From: an uncultured Clostridia bacterium
GTDB lineage: Bacteria; Bacillota; Clostridia; Oscillospirales; Acutalibacteraceae
Assembly (NCBI GenBank): GCA_947169745.1
Contig: CAMVQZ010000002.1
Location: 2,208 to 66,207, forward strand
Length of the DNA stretch: 64,000 nt
Reading direction: 5' to 3'
The notes below the pieces were generated by a model, which was given only the letters and a program-made list of their open reading frames with translations, made no database searches and was not told where the DNA came from. This document shows positions 8,815 through 18,333 of the stretch, one piece after another (positions within the stretch are counted from its first letter, which is position 1; the number at the start of each line of letters is the position of its first letter). A program made the translations under genes and the position numbers.

Positions 8815-11226
8815 ATGTCAAAATCCAAGCTTACTCCAAGCGAGGTAAGGGAGCTTATTATAGCAAAGCTTTCACACAATTTCAGCGTTACTCCTCAGGA
8901 CGCTACTGATGAACACTACTATAAAGCAGTCGCACTTGTGCTCCGGGATATTATGCGTCAGGATCACAAGACTTTTGTCGAGGCTTCCGAAAAGCAGAAC
9001 AGCAAAACTATTTACTATCTTTGTATGGAATTTCTCATGGGTCGTTCTCTTAAAAATGACCTGTGCAACCTGGGACTTGAGGACACCGTAAGACAGGCTC
9101 TCAAGGGTCTCGACATCAAGCTTGACAATGTCTATGAGCAGGAACCGGACGCTGGTCTTGGTAACGGCGGTCTGGGAAGACTGGCTGCCTGCTTCCTCGA
9201 TGGTCTCGCTACACAGAATTATAACGCTATGGGATATTCCCTGAGATATGAATATGGTATATTCCGTCAGAAACTGGTTGACGGCTGGCAGACCGAGCTG
9301 CCCGATTTCTGGCTCCCCGGAGGACAGGTATGGCTCCAGGCTCATCCTGAAAAGTCTATCCCCGTTTATTTCGACGGAAAGATCAAGGAGACCTGGCACG
9401 AGACTCATCATTCCATTGAGCTGGAAAATGCTACAAAGATCATTGCTACACCATATGATATGCTTGTTCCCGGATACGGCGGAAAGGGCATCAGCAGACT
9501 TCGTCTCTGGGCCGCAACATCGGATAATTTCGATATGAAGCTCTTCAATTCCGGCGACTATGTCCGCTCAATGGAACAGAAAGCTCTGGCTGAGAGCATC
9601 ACAAGAGTACTTTACCCTGAGGATAATCATTCCGAGGGAAAGAGCCTCAGACTCAGTCAGCAGTATTTCCTTGTATCCGCTACTATCCAGGATATAATTC
9701 AGCGTCATCTCAAGCACCACAATTCCCTTGATAATCTCCCCGAACTGGTGGCTATACATCTTAACGATACCCACCCTGTACTTGCTGTTCCGGAGCTTAT
9801 GAGAATAATGCTTGACGAATGCGGCTACGGCTGGGATCAGGCATGGGATATCGTTACACGTACTGTTGCCTATACCAACCACACCGTAATGAGCGAAGCT
9901 CTTGAATGCTGGCAGGTCGATATGTTCCAGAGAAAGCTTCCCAGAATATATCAGATTGTCGAGGAGATCAACCGCCGCTTCTGTGAGGATATGCACAAAA
10001 TGAATGTGGATGACTGGAAGATCGGCAGAATGGCTGTTATCAATGACGGCATCGTCAGAATGGCAAATCTGGCTGTTATTGCTTCCCATTCAGTTAACGG
10101 CGTTTCCAAGCTCCACAGCGAGATCCTCAAGGACAGCGTATTCAATGATTTCTATACAGTTACCCCTGATAAATTCAAGAATGTCACTAACGGTATTGCT
10201 CACAGACGCTGGCTGAATCAGTCCAACCCCGGACTTTCAAAGCTTATCACCGAGCTTATCGGAGACAAATTCATAAAGGACGCCAATGCTCTTGAGGGGC
10301 TTATGGCATATAAGAGCGACGCTGTTGTTCTTGCAAAGCTGGGCGCTATCAAAAAGCAGAACAAGGAGCGTATGGCTAAATATATCCTTGAAAATAACGG
10401 AATAAAGGTAGACCCCAATTCCATATTTGATGTACAGGTAAAGCGTCTCCACGAGTATAAGCGCCAGCTTATGAATGCCCTGCACATCTATTCCACATAT
10501 CAGTGGCTCAGAGATAACCCGGACGCTGATTACAAGCCCAAAACCTATATTTTCGGCGCAAAGGCTGCTCCCGGTTACTACTTTGCAAAGCAGATCATCC
10601 AGTTTATTGTTGAGCTTGCAAACAAGATCAACAGCGATACAAGAGTTAATAAAAAACTCAAGGTCGTTTATCTGGAGGATTACAAGGTATCCGTTGCCGA
10701 GAAGCTTATACCTGCCGCTGAGATAAGCGAGCAGATTTCTCTCGCAGGAACAGAGGCCTCCGGTACCTCCAATATGAAATTTATGATAAACGGCGCTGTT
10801 ACACTGGGTACTCTTGACGGCGCAAATGTCGAGATACACGATGTTGTGGGCGATCAGAACTCCCTCATCTTCGGTATGACAACTCCTGAGGTAACACAGC
10901 TCAGAAGACAGGGCTATGATCCCCATGTTCCCTATAACAACAATCATATCATCAGAGCGGCAGTGGACGGTATACGCAATGAATTCGGCGACCGCTTTAT
11001 CGATATTTCCACCTCGCTTTCCAATGTTGACCCATATATGGTTCTGGCTGATTTTGCAGACTATGCTCTCACTCAGCAGAAGGCGTCAAAGCTTTATGAG
11101 GACTGGAAGGTATGGAACAGAATGTCACTGGTGAATATCGCAAAGGCAGGAAGATTTGCTTCTGACAGATCTATCAGGGATTATGCTGATACCATCTGGA
11201 ATGCAAAGCCTGTTGTACTGGAATAA
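8815..11226 (+). CDS. glgP: Glycogen/maltodextrin phosphorylase
   Basis: GT35 phosphorylase hallmarks, including the PLP-lysine region EISEQISLAGTEASGTSNMKFMINGA. Start taken at ATG 8815, just downstream of an AGGAGG RBS. Confidence 0.95.
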   Translation: MSKSKLTPSEVRELIIAKLSHNFSVTPQDATDEHYYKAVALVLRDIMRQDHKTFVEASEKQNSKTIYYLCMEFLMGRSLKNDLCNLGLEDTVRQALKGLDIKLDNVYEQEPDAGLGNGGLGRLAACFLDGLATQNYNAMGYSLRYEYGIFRQKLVDGWQTELPDFWLPGGQVWLQAHPEKSIPVYFDGKIKETWHETHHSIELENATKIIATPYDMLVPGYGGKGISRLRLWAATSDNFDMKLFNSGDYVRSMEQKALAESITRVLYPEDNHSEGKSLRLSQQYFLVSATIQDIIQRHLKHHNSLDNLPELVAIHLNDTHPVLAVPELMRIMLDECGYGWDQAWDIVTRTVAYTNHTVMSEALECWQVDMFQRKLPRIYQIVEEINRRFCEDMHKMNVDDWKIGRMAVINDGIVRMANLAVIASHSVNGVSKLHSEILKDSVFNDFYTVTPDKFKNVTNGIAHRRWLNQSNPGLSKLITELIGDKFIKDANALEGLMAYKSDAVVLAKLGAIKKQNKERMAKYILENNGIKVDPNSIFDVQVKRLHEYKRQLMNALHIYSTYQWLRDNPDADYKPKTYIFGAKAAPGYYFAKQIIQFIVELANKINSDTRVNKKLKVVYLEDYKVSVAEKLIPAAEISEQISLAGTEASGTSNMKFMINGAVTLGTLDGANVEIHDVVGDQNSLIFGMTTPEVTQLRRQGYDPHVPYNNNHIIRAAVDGIRNEFGDRFIDISTSLSNVDPYMVLADFADYALTQQKASKLYEDWKVWNRMSLVNIAKAGRFASDRSIRDYADTIWNAKPVVLE

Positions 11227-11246
11227 TCAGACTGCTTAAAAGGGTA

Positions 11247-11479
11247 TTTCGCAATAAGAAAAATTCAGTAACTCAAACAAAAGCCGATGAATTGTTGAAT
11301 TCACCGGCTTTATCTGTTTTCTGTTTTCTGTTTTCCGTTTTCAGCTTTCCGTCCGTCATTCGGATAGGGGAGTTATTGTTTTTTGCTGCCTGCGGCTGAG
11401 AAGTCTCCACCGGAGACCCGCGCCCCATGGACCCCGCAGCCTTTAAAAAAGCTGGCGAAACTCTTCTTTTTTGCGACAT
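11247..11479. repeat. Intergenic repeat family 2, copy 1 (module following the gene 3' end)
   Basis: Collinear similarity to 39927-40100: TTTCGCAATAAGAAA, the hairpin AAAAGCCGATGAATT-loop-AATTCACCGGCTTT, CCATGGA(C/T)CCCGCAG and AAAA(A/G)GCTGGCGAAACT. Both copies begin about 20 nt after a plus-strand stop codon. Confidence 0.75.
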
Positions 11480-11510
11480 AACATTATTTTAAACATGAAA
11501 GGAGATCAAT

Positions 11511-12143
11511 ATGACAGAAAAAGAATTTATGCTTTCCGGGATGCTTTATACCTCCTTCGACAAGGAGCTGCAGGAGGACGCAAGACGTTCACGTCAGCTG
11601 ACAAGGCTTTTCAATAATACCACTGAAGAACAAATCCCCTACCGCATCCAGCTTCTGAAGGAGCTTTTCGGAAGTACCGGGGAACACATTTATATCGAGC
11701 CTCCCTTCAGGTGCGACTACGGAAGCAATACCTTTATCGGAGAAGGCTTCTATGCAAATTTCGACTGCATCATCCTTGATGTGGCAAAGGTCACCATCGG
11801 GAAAAACTGTCTTTTCGCTCCCAGGGTATGTATCTTCACCGCTGGTCATCCCATTGACAAGGATATACGCAATATCCCACTTGAATACGGCTATCCTGTG
11901 ACTATCGGGGACAATGTGTGGATCGGAGGAAATACAGTGGTCAATCCCGGAGTTACTATCGGAGAAGGCTCTGTCATCGGCTCCGGCTCCGTCGTCACAA
12001 AGGATATCCCGGCAAATGTTGTTGCGGCAGGAAATCCCTGCCGGGTGATACGACCCATTACAGATGAGGACAGGAAATTCTGGGAGGAAAAGAAAAGACA
12101 AAGAGAAATGATCCTTTCCGGAATAAGCCCGGAGAATTTTTAA
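11511..12143 (+). CDS. maa: Maltose/galactoside O-acetyltransferase family (left-handed beta-helix)
   Basis: An N-terminal Mac domain (MLSGMLYTSFDKELQEDARRSRQLTRLFN) followed by hexapeptide repeats (IGDNVWIGGNTVVNPGVTIGEGSVIGSGSVV). Confidence 0.85.
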   Translation: MTEKEFMLSGMLYTSFDKELQEDARRSRQLTRLFNNTTEEQIPYRIQLLKELFGSTGEHIYIEPPFRCDYGSNTFIGEGFYANFDCIILDVAKVTIGKNCLFAPRVCIFTAGHPIDKDIRNIPLEYGYPVTIGDNVWIGGNTVVNPGVTIGEGSVIGSGSVVTKDIPANVVAAGNPCRVIRPITDEDRKFWEEKKRQREMILSGISPENF

Positions 12144-12159
12144 TAAGCCTCATATATGC

Positions 12160-12196
12160 AGACAGCGCAGCTTTTACACTGCGCTGTCTTTATTTT
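12160..12196. terminator. Bidirectional rho-independent terminator between convergent genes
   Basis: Stem GACAGCGCAG (12161-12170) pairs with CTGCGCTGTC (12179-12188), followed by TTTATTTTA. Confidence 0.7.
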
Positions 12197-15100
12197 ATAC
12201 CGGATATTTCCCCACTGTTTTAAGGCCGGTGCTGTATGTTGTGCTCCGGTTTTTAGCATTACAGTATTCAAAATCCATCTTATATTTTGTGGAGCTGTCA
12301 AGGCTTGAAGCAATCTTGCTGACAGTGCCGGATGAAACCTCTATGCTTTCTGTCACTGTTTTTCCCTTGCTTACATAGCACCCGAAGGGAAGCTTGATCT
12401 GGGTATTATTGATCCTGAAGTCCCTGAGCTTACTAAAATGGATACTCTCCATACCTGATTTATTTTCAAACTGGAGATCAAGTCTGAGAGAACCGTCTGA
12501 TTTTTTGAATGCACCCAGATAATATACCTTGACGCCGTTTGAGCTGTAGATCTGCTGTCTGTCCGGAGCCTTTACTGTTACAGTGCAGGTGGCTGTCTTG
12601 CCGTTGTGGGACTTTACTGTGATTTTTGCCGTACCCGGATTCTTTGCTGTTACTGTTCCGCCGGAAACGGTTGCAACTGAGGTATCTGAGCTGCTCCAGG
12701 TAACAGACTTTTGGGTAGCGTCGGACGGGGTGATGTATGCGGTGAGCTTTCTGGTATCTCCTCTTTCCAGGGTGATCCCTGTTGAACTGAGGCGGACTGA
12801 TGTCACAGGCTTTATGACAGTGACCTTGCAGGATGCCTCCTTGCCATTATAAAGCCGGACTGTGACCCAGGCTGTTCCGGGCTTTACGCCCTTGAATTCT
12901 CCCTGCCAGTTTGTTTTATTCATCTTTACAATGGAAGAATTACTGGTGCGGAAAGTTCTTTTCGCTGCTCCGGCACCATCCGGCAGCACTGCGCTGAGAG
13001 TAGCCGTCTGACCCACAGAAATAGTGGTCGAGGACTTATTGACCTTTACCCAGGAGGGATCCGCCTTGACTGTGACCTTGCAGGTGGCTTCCTTTCCGTT
13101 ATAGGTGCGCACTGTCACATAAGCGACACCGGGCTTCACTCCCACAAAATCTCCCTGCCAGTCGGTACGGGTCATTTTTACTACAGAGGAATTGCTGGTG
13201 CGATATGTACGTTTTGCGCAGGCAACGCCGCTGTCAAGATTCGAGCCTACAGTATATTTTTCTCCCACACCGATGGTAAGGACACCCTTTGTAAGAGTTA
13301 TCTTTGTAGGCGCGGCTCTTACCGTTATCTTGCAGGATACAGAAAGCTTTGTGTTCCCTGCGGCAGTGGCTGTTATCCACGCAGTGCCGCAGCCGGTGGC
13401 CTTTACATTGCCGCTGCTGTCTACAGTCAGGATACCGGAATCCGAGGTGCGCCAGTTGATTTCCTTGTTCGTTGCATTTGACGGAGATACCGACGCCGAA
13501 AGCTTTGTGCCCTCCCCTTTTCCCAGGGTCAGCTGTGTTGAGCCGGCCATAGCAATGACATCGGGTACGACGCCCCTGGTATATACTGTCACCTTGCAGG
13601 TGGCTGTTATTCCGTTGGAGGTTTTTGCTGTTATAGTTGCCTGCCCGGGAAGATAAGAATATATTCTGCCGTTATAGTATTCTGCTACCATGCTGTCACT
13701 TGTAGACCACGTTACGGTCTTGTCGGTCGCATCTGAGGGGTTGACAGTCGCAGTAATTATCCTGTCGTCATATTCCTCCATTGTTATTGAAGTCTTGCTC
13801 AGGGTTATGGAGGTGGGGTTGATAACTCTGGGGGTGACTGTTACATTGCAGGTCGCCGTCTTGCCGTTGGAGGTTTTTGCTGTTATAGTTGCCTGCCCGG
13901 GAAGATAAGAATATATTCTGCCGTTATAGTATTCTGCTACCATGCTGTCACTTGTAGACCACGTTACGGTCTTGTCGGTCGCATCTGAGGGGTTGACAGT
14001 CGCAGTAATTATCCTGTCGTCATATTCCTCCATTGTTATTGAAGTCTTGCTCAGGGTTATGGAGGTGGGGTTGATAACTCTGGGGGTGACTGTTACTTTG
14101 CAAGTAGTCTTATTGTGATTATGTGTTTCTGCTGTTATGGTAGTTGTTCCTGTATTCTTTCCGGTTATCACACCATTTTCTGATACTGTTGCAACGCTTG
14201 TATCAGAGCTTGTCCAGATGATATCCTTGAAATACGCATTTGTAGGCTGTACAGTTGCAGAAAGAGTCCTGCTTTTCCCTTTTTCTATCTCAATTGAAGA
14301 GCTTCCCAGCTTAACACCAGTTTCCTCAACAATAACTGTCACCTTGCAGGAAGCTGTTTTTCCATTGCAGGTTTTTGCGGTTATGGTAGTTGTTCCATAT
14401 CCCTTGCCTGTCACTGTTCCGCCTGAAACTGTAGCGACACTGCTGTTTCCTGTTGACCATGTAACAGTCTTATATGTGGCATTTGAGGGATAAACTGTAG
14501 CAGTCAGTTTCTTTGTATAATTCTTATAAACAATAAGCTCCGTTCTGTCTAATGAAACACTGGTGGGGGCAACTTCATTTGCAACAAAAGAAATACCTTT
14601 TTCTTTTGCATATGTTTCAGCATAAGAACCTTTTGCACCGTAGATGGTTTTTAGGTTGATGATGCCAAAAAATACATTATTTCCGATACTTGTCACACTG
14701 GACGGTATCGTGATACTGGTAAGGCTGATGCAGTAATAAAACGCTACATTTCCGATACTTGTCACGCTGGATGGTATCGTGATGCTGGTAAGGCTCTTGC
14801 AGCTGTAAAACGCACCCCATTCGATGCTTGTTACACCGGAGGGTATTGTAACAGATTTTTTCCCTCCAGGGCAGCAAACCAATCCTGTTTTACTTTTATT
14901 ATACAAAACTCCGTCTTTTGAAGAATAATACTTGTTTCCGCTGTCAACAGTTATGTTTGTAAGGCTGGTGCAACCAGAAAACGCCAAATTTCCGATACTT
15001 GTCACGTTGTAAGATATCATGATACTGGTAAGGCTGGTGCAGCCAGAAAATGCACTACTTCCTATACTTGTCACGTTGTAAGATATCATGATACTGGTAA

Positions 15101-15407
15101 GGCTGGTGCAGCCAGAAAATGCACTACTTCCTATACTTGTCACCTTTTTCCCATCAATATCAGAAGGTATCGTAATATTTCCGCCGCTTCCTTCGTATTT
15201 CGTTATTTTGATCTCATTATTATTTACTACATATTCAAAATGACCATATTCTCCACCAACCTCTTCAAATCCATACCAACCAGTCTCTGCCGCATTCACC
15301 TCAATCCCGCTCTCCGGCACAAAAGCAGGCAGAACCGCTGCAGCGGAGCCTGCGAGGGTAAGGCTGAGGACTGCAGACAACAGCTTTTTATATATGCTTT
15401 TTTTCAC
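12195..15407 (-). CDS. Large secreted cell-surface protein: signal peptide, BspA-type leucine-rich repeats, many Big_2 Ig-like domains
   Basis: Signal peptide MKKSIYKKLLSAVLSLTLAGSAAA. LRR_5-like units (SAFSGCTSLTSI.I...VTSIG). At least 9 Big_2-like units (ATV.PSNAT.K.VTWS.S..SVATV...G.VT.K..GT..ITAK...GK.A.C.VTV). Confidence 0.85.
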   Translation of the reverse strand: MKKSIYKKLLSAVLSLTLAGSAAAVLPAFVPESGIEVNAAETGWYGFEEVGGEYGHFEYVVNNNEIKITKYEGSGGNITIPSDIDGKKVTSIGSSAFSGCTSLTSIMISYNVTSIGSSAFSGCTSLTSIMISYNVTSIGNLAFSGCTSLTNITVDSGNKYYSSKDGVLYNKSKTGLVCCPGGKKSVTIPSGVTSIEWGAFYSCKSLTSITIPSSVTSIGNVAFYYCISLTSITIPSSVTSIGNNVFFGIINLKTIYGAKGSYAETYAKEKGISFVANEVAPTSVSLDRTELIVYKNYTKKLTATVYPSNATYKTVTWSTGNSSVATVSGGTVTGKGYGTTTITAKTCNGKTASCKVTVIVEETGVKLGSSSIEIEKGKSRTLSATVQPTNAYFKDIIWTSSDTSVATVSENGVITGKNTGTTTITAETHNHNKTTCKVTVTPRVINPTSITLSKTSITMEEYDDRIITATVNPSDATDKTVTWSTSDSMVAEYYNGRIYSYLPGQATITAKTSNGKTATCNVTVTPRVINPTSITLSKTSITMEEYDDRIITATVNPSDATDKTVTWSTSDSMVAEYYNGRIYSYLPGQATITAKTSNGITATCKVTVYTRGVVPDVIAMAGSTQLTLGKGEGTKLSASVSPSNATNKEINWRTSDSGILTVDSSGNVKATGCGTAWITATAAGNTKLSVSCKITVRAAPTKITLTKGVLTIGVGEKYTVGSNLDSGVACAKRTYRTSNSSVVKMTRTDWQGDFVGVKPGVAYVTVRTYNGKEATCKVTVKADPSWVKVNKSSTTISVGQTATLSAVLPDGAGAAKRTFRTSNSSIVKMNKTNWQGEFKGVKPGTAWVTVRLYNGKEASCKVTVIKPVTSVRLSSTGITLERGDTRKLTAYITPSDATQKSVTWSSSDTSVATVSGGTVTAKNPGTAKITVKSHNGKTATCTVTVKAPDRQQIYSSNGVKVYYLGAFKKSDGSLRLDLQFENKSGMESIHFSKLRDFRINNTQIKLPFGCYVSKGKTVTESIEVSSGTVSKIASSLDSSTKYKMDFEYCNAKNRSTTYSTGLKTVGKYPV
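13612..14107. repeat. Near-perfect 252-bp (84-aa) tandem duplication inside the surface-protein gene
   Basis: The DNA starting at 13612 recurs at 13864 (offset 252) with apparent identity over about 240 bp. The protein unit TPRVINPTSITLSKTSITMEEYDDRIITATVNPSDATDKTVTWSTSDSMVAEYYNGRIYSYLPGQATITAKTSNG occurs twice. Confidence 0.9.
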
Positions 15408-15831
15408 AGGAAATCCCTCCGGATAAACTTTTTGTGATACCTGTATTATACAGCAAAACGGTACTGAAATAAACGCTTTTTTTATTTATTGTGTGATATT
15501 TCAATATCTCGTGTGCGTTTTTGTGTATAATCACAAGCAGGCAGACGGAAATTCTCTATTCAATATTCGTTATTCTCTTCCGTTCCCCTTGTGGAAATTC
15601 CTCCTCCTTTTCTTTGTGCCGGGAAGTGCGGACGGCTAAAGAAAACCCGTATGGTCATCTGCTTTGTAAACGGATGCGTAGGTTCGTATGGAAACACTGT
15701 TTTATTATAAACTTGTAAGTCACATATACATTCTGCCCGATTAATACCCAGCCTCCCTTCAACATAAAGACTTCCAGACAAACACAGCAGGGATTTAAGG
15801 AGGGGGATTTTCAAAGGGGCAAACTCAAAGG

Positions 15832-16047
15832 GGGTGCAGCCACCTTTGTGGGTCCCACTTTGCCCCCGCGCCGTAGGCACGCCCCACACAAAGCTATCAG
15901 TTCATCAGGACAAGCCAGACACGAACAGACTACCCCAACAACAATCCAAATTACCTACCGCCGCGCCACGAAAGTATAGGCAAGCACGACCGAGTGAGCG
16001 CAAGCGAGCAATTACGCGAAATAGAGAGCGGAGGAACTCCGCCGCAC
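15832..16047. repeat. Mosaic intergenic repeat, family 1, copy D (inverted, diverged)
   Basis: The reverse complement carries TGCGGCGGAGTTCCTCCGCTCTC, ATTTCGCGTAATTGCTCGCTTGCGCTC and TATACTTTCGTGGCGCGGCGG. These match modules of copies A and C. GGGTGCAGC at 15832 is one half of the palindrome module. Confidence 0.65.
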
Positions 16048-16064
16048 CTGAGGTGGGTCAGTTA

Positions 16065-16123
16065 TTGACAAAAGAGGAAATTCAGTGTAAAATGTAAGTG
16101 TGCTAACAATAAGGGCGCTTACA
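16065..16123 (+). promoter_or_regulatory. Promoter plus candidate MarR operator
   Basis: TTGACA (16065-16070), a 17-bp spacer, then TAAAAT (16088-16093). Imperfect inverted repeat TGTAAG...CTTACA (16093-16123) lies just downstream of the -10. Confidence 0.5.
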
Positions 16124-16150
16124 ACTATTATATGAGGGGAGGAAAACATT

Positions 16151-16603
16151 TTGCAGGACAGATATATAGGAATTGAGATTAGCAAGACCAGCAATGCCCT
16201 GCGGCGGAATTGCCTTTGCGGCAGAAGCGGAGAGTCCGGAGATGAGGCAACAGAAAAAAACGCATGGATAATCGGATTTCTTTCCGATAACGAGGATACT
16301 GAGATATTCCAGAGGGATATCGAAAAACAATTCAACCTGAGGCGTTCAACCGTTTCCCAGATGCTGAAGCTGATGGAAAAAAAGGGGCTTATCCGCCGGG
16401 AAAGCGTCAGCCATGATGCAAGGCTGAAAAGGATCCTTATGACAGATAAGGCAAGAGAGCTTCATAAGAAAAATCTGGCGGAGCTGAAGGATTTTGAAGA
16501 AAAGCTGAAAAAGGATATTCCGGAAAAAGAACTGGAAGCATTCTTCTTCACACTGGAAAAGATCAGAAAAAACGCTGAAGGAAAGAAGGAGGAAAACCTA
16601 TGA
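16151..16603 (+). CDS. MarR family transcriptional regulator
   Basis: Winged-helix region RRSTVSQMLKLMEKKGLIRRESVSHDARLKRILMT. TTG start with a GGGGAGG RBS. Its stop overlaps the start of the downstream ABC gene. Confidence 0.8.
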   Translation: MQDRYIGIEISKTSNALRRNCLCGRSGESGDEATEKNAWIIGFLSDNEDTEIFQRDIEKQFNLRRSTVSQMLKLMEKKGLIRRESVSHDARLKRILMTDKARELHKKNLAELKDFEEKLKKDIPEKELEAFFFTLEKIRKNAEGKKEENL

Positions 16604-18333
16604 TAAAAAAGCTTGCCGGAAGTATCCGGGAATATAAGACTGCTTCTCTTCTTGCTCCGCTGTTTGTCACACTTGAGGTCATAATGGAGGTGCTTCTTCC
16701 CTTCCTGATGGCAGATCTTATTGACAACGGAGTTAATAAAGGAGATATGGAGCACATACTGAAAACCGGAGCTATGCTTTCCGGAGTAGCATTTGCTGCG
16801 CTTATATTCGGAATATTCTCCGGAAAATTTGCGGCGGAAGCATCTGCCGGCTTTGCAAAGAACCTGAGGCATGACCTGTACTACAGGATACAGGAGTATT
16901 CGTTTTCAAATATTGACAAATTCTCCACATCAAGCCTTGTGACAAGAATGACCACAGATGTGACCAATGTACAGAATTCATATCAGATGATCATCCGCAT
17001 CGCAGTCAGGGCGCCTTTTATGATGATATTCGCAATGATAATGTCCTTTAACGTCAATGCCGGGCTTTCAATGGTATTTGTAGCCTTTATCCCGGTGATA
17101 GCTCTGGCTCTCGGGCTTGTCATTAAATTTGCTCACCCTGTTTTCAAAAGGGTATTCAGGATCTATGACAAACTGAATAATGTTGTTCAGGAAAATCTCC
17201 ACGGTATAAGAGTAGTAAAATCATTTGTCCGTGAGGAACACGAGACTAAAAAATTCAGGGATATATCAGATGAGATATACAGGGATTTTTCAAAAGCCGA
17301 GAAGATCGTTGCCTTCAATATGCCTATAATGCAGATATGCGTGTATGCGTGTATTCTGATTATATCGTGGTTTGCATCCCGGCAGATAGTATTCGGGACA
17401 ATGACCCAGGGCGAGTTGGTCAGTATGATGACCTATGTCATGCAGATACTGATGAGCCTGATGTTCATTTCAATGATAATGGTAATGATAACTCTTTCCA
17501 AGGCTTCTGCAGAAAGAATAGCAGAGGTACTGAATGAAGAGATCGATCTCAGAAATACCGACTCTCCCCTTAATGAAATAAAAGACGGCAGCATCAGCTT
17601 TGAAAATGTTTCCTTCAGTTATGCAAAGGACGAAAACAAGCTTTGTCTGAAGGATATCAATCTGAAAATAAACTCCGGAGAGACCATAGGCATAATCGGC
17701 GGCACAGGCTCGTCCAAATCAAGCCTGGTTCAGCTCATACCCAGACTTTATGACGCCACAAAGGGAATTGTCAGAGTGGGCGGAGAGGATGTCCGGGATT
17801 ATGATATCGAAGCTCTCAGGAACAGCGTTGCAATGGTACTGCAGAAAAACGTACTGTTTTCCGGTACAATAAAGGAAAACCTCAGATGGGGAAACAAGGA
17901 TGCTTCGGATGAAGAAATAGAAAAAACCTGCCGGCTGGCTCAGGCAGAGGATTTCATCCAGCGTATGCCTGAAAAATACGATACATATATCGAACAGGGA
18001 GGAACAAATGTTTCCGGCGGTCAGCGGCAGAGATTGTGCATTGCAAGAGCTTTGCTGAAAAAGCCGAAAATCCTCATACTTGACGATTCTACCAGTGCTG
18101 TAGATACAAAGACGGACAAGCTTATCCGCAGAGCATTTCTGGAGGAGATCCCCGATACCACTAAAATAATTATCGCCCAGCGCATATCCTCGGTAGAGGA
18201 GGCAGACAAGATAATTGTAATGGACAAGGGTATGGTCAGCGCCTTCGGAACTCACAAGGAGCTTCTGGAGAGCAGCAGGATATACAGAGAGGTCTATGAA
18301 TCCCAGAAGAAAGGAAGTGATGAGAATGGCTGA
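16600..18333 (+). CDS. ABC exporter, fused permease/ATPase (heterodimer subunit 1)
   Basis: Six-TM domain followed by Walker A GGTGSSKSS, signature VSGGQRQR and Walker B ILILDDSTSAVD. Confidence 0.9.
   Translation: MIKKLAGSIREYKTASLLAPLFVTLEVIMEVLLPFLMADLIDNGVNKGDMEHILKTGAMLSGVAFAALIFGIFSGKFAAEASAGFAKNLRHDLYYRIQEYSFSNIDKFSTSSLVTRMTTDVTNVQNSYQMIIRIAVRAPFMMIFAMIMSFNVNAGLSMVFVAFIPVIALALGLVIKFAHPVFKRVFRIYDKLNNVVQENLHGIRVVKSFVREEHETKKFRDISDEIYRDFSKAEKIVAFNMPIMQICVYACILIISWFASRQIVFGTMTQGELVSMMTYVMQILMSLMFISMIMVMITLSKASAERIAEVLNEEIDLRNTDSPLNEIKDGSISFENVSFSYAKDENKLCLKDINLKINSGETIGIIGGTGSSKSSLVQLIPRLYDATKGIVRVGGEDVRDYDIEALRNSVAMVLQKNVLFSGTIKENLRWGNKDASDEEIEKTCRLAQAEDFIQRMPEKYDTYIEQGGTNVSGGQRQRLCIARALLKKPKILILDDSTSAVDTKTDKLIRRAFLEEIPDTTKIIIAQRISSVEEADKIIVMDKGMVSAFGTHKELLESSRIYREVYESQKKGSDENG

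Noticed and set aside
13612-14107. Regular tandem repeats (here and at 22973-23715) as possible CRISPR arrays
   Set aside because: The repeat units are 249-252 bp, contiguous with no spacers, in frame, and encode Big_2 domains. This is not CRISPR architecture, and no cas genes are present.
15408-15831. Possible third copy of repeat family 2 (a CGGACGGCTAAAGAAAACC segment resembling the CCGTTTTC...CCGTCCG module in reverse)
   Set aside because: The similarity is limited to about 15-20 nt with mismatches, which is not enough to call by eye. It needs a proper alignment.
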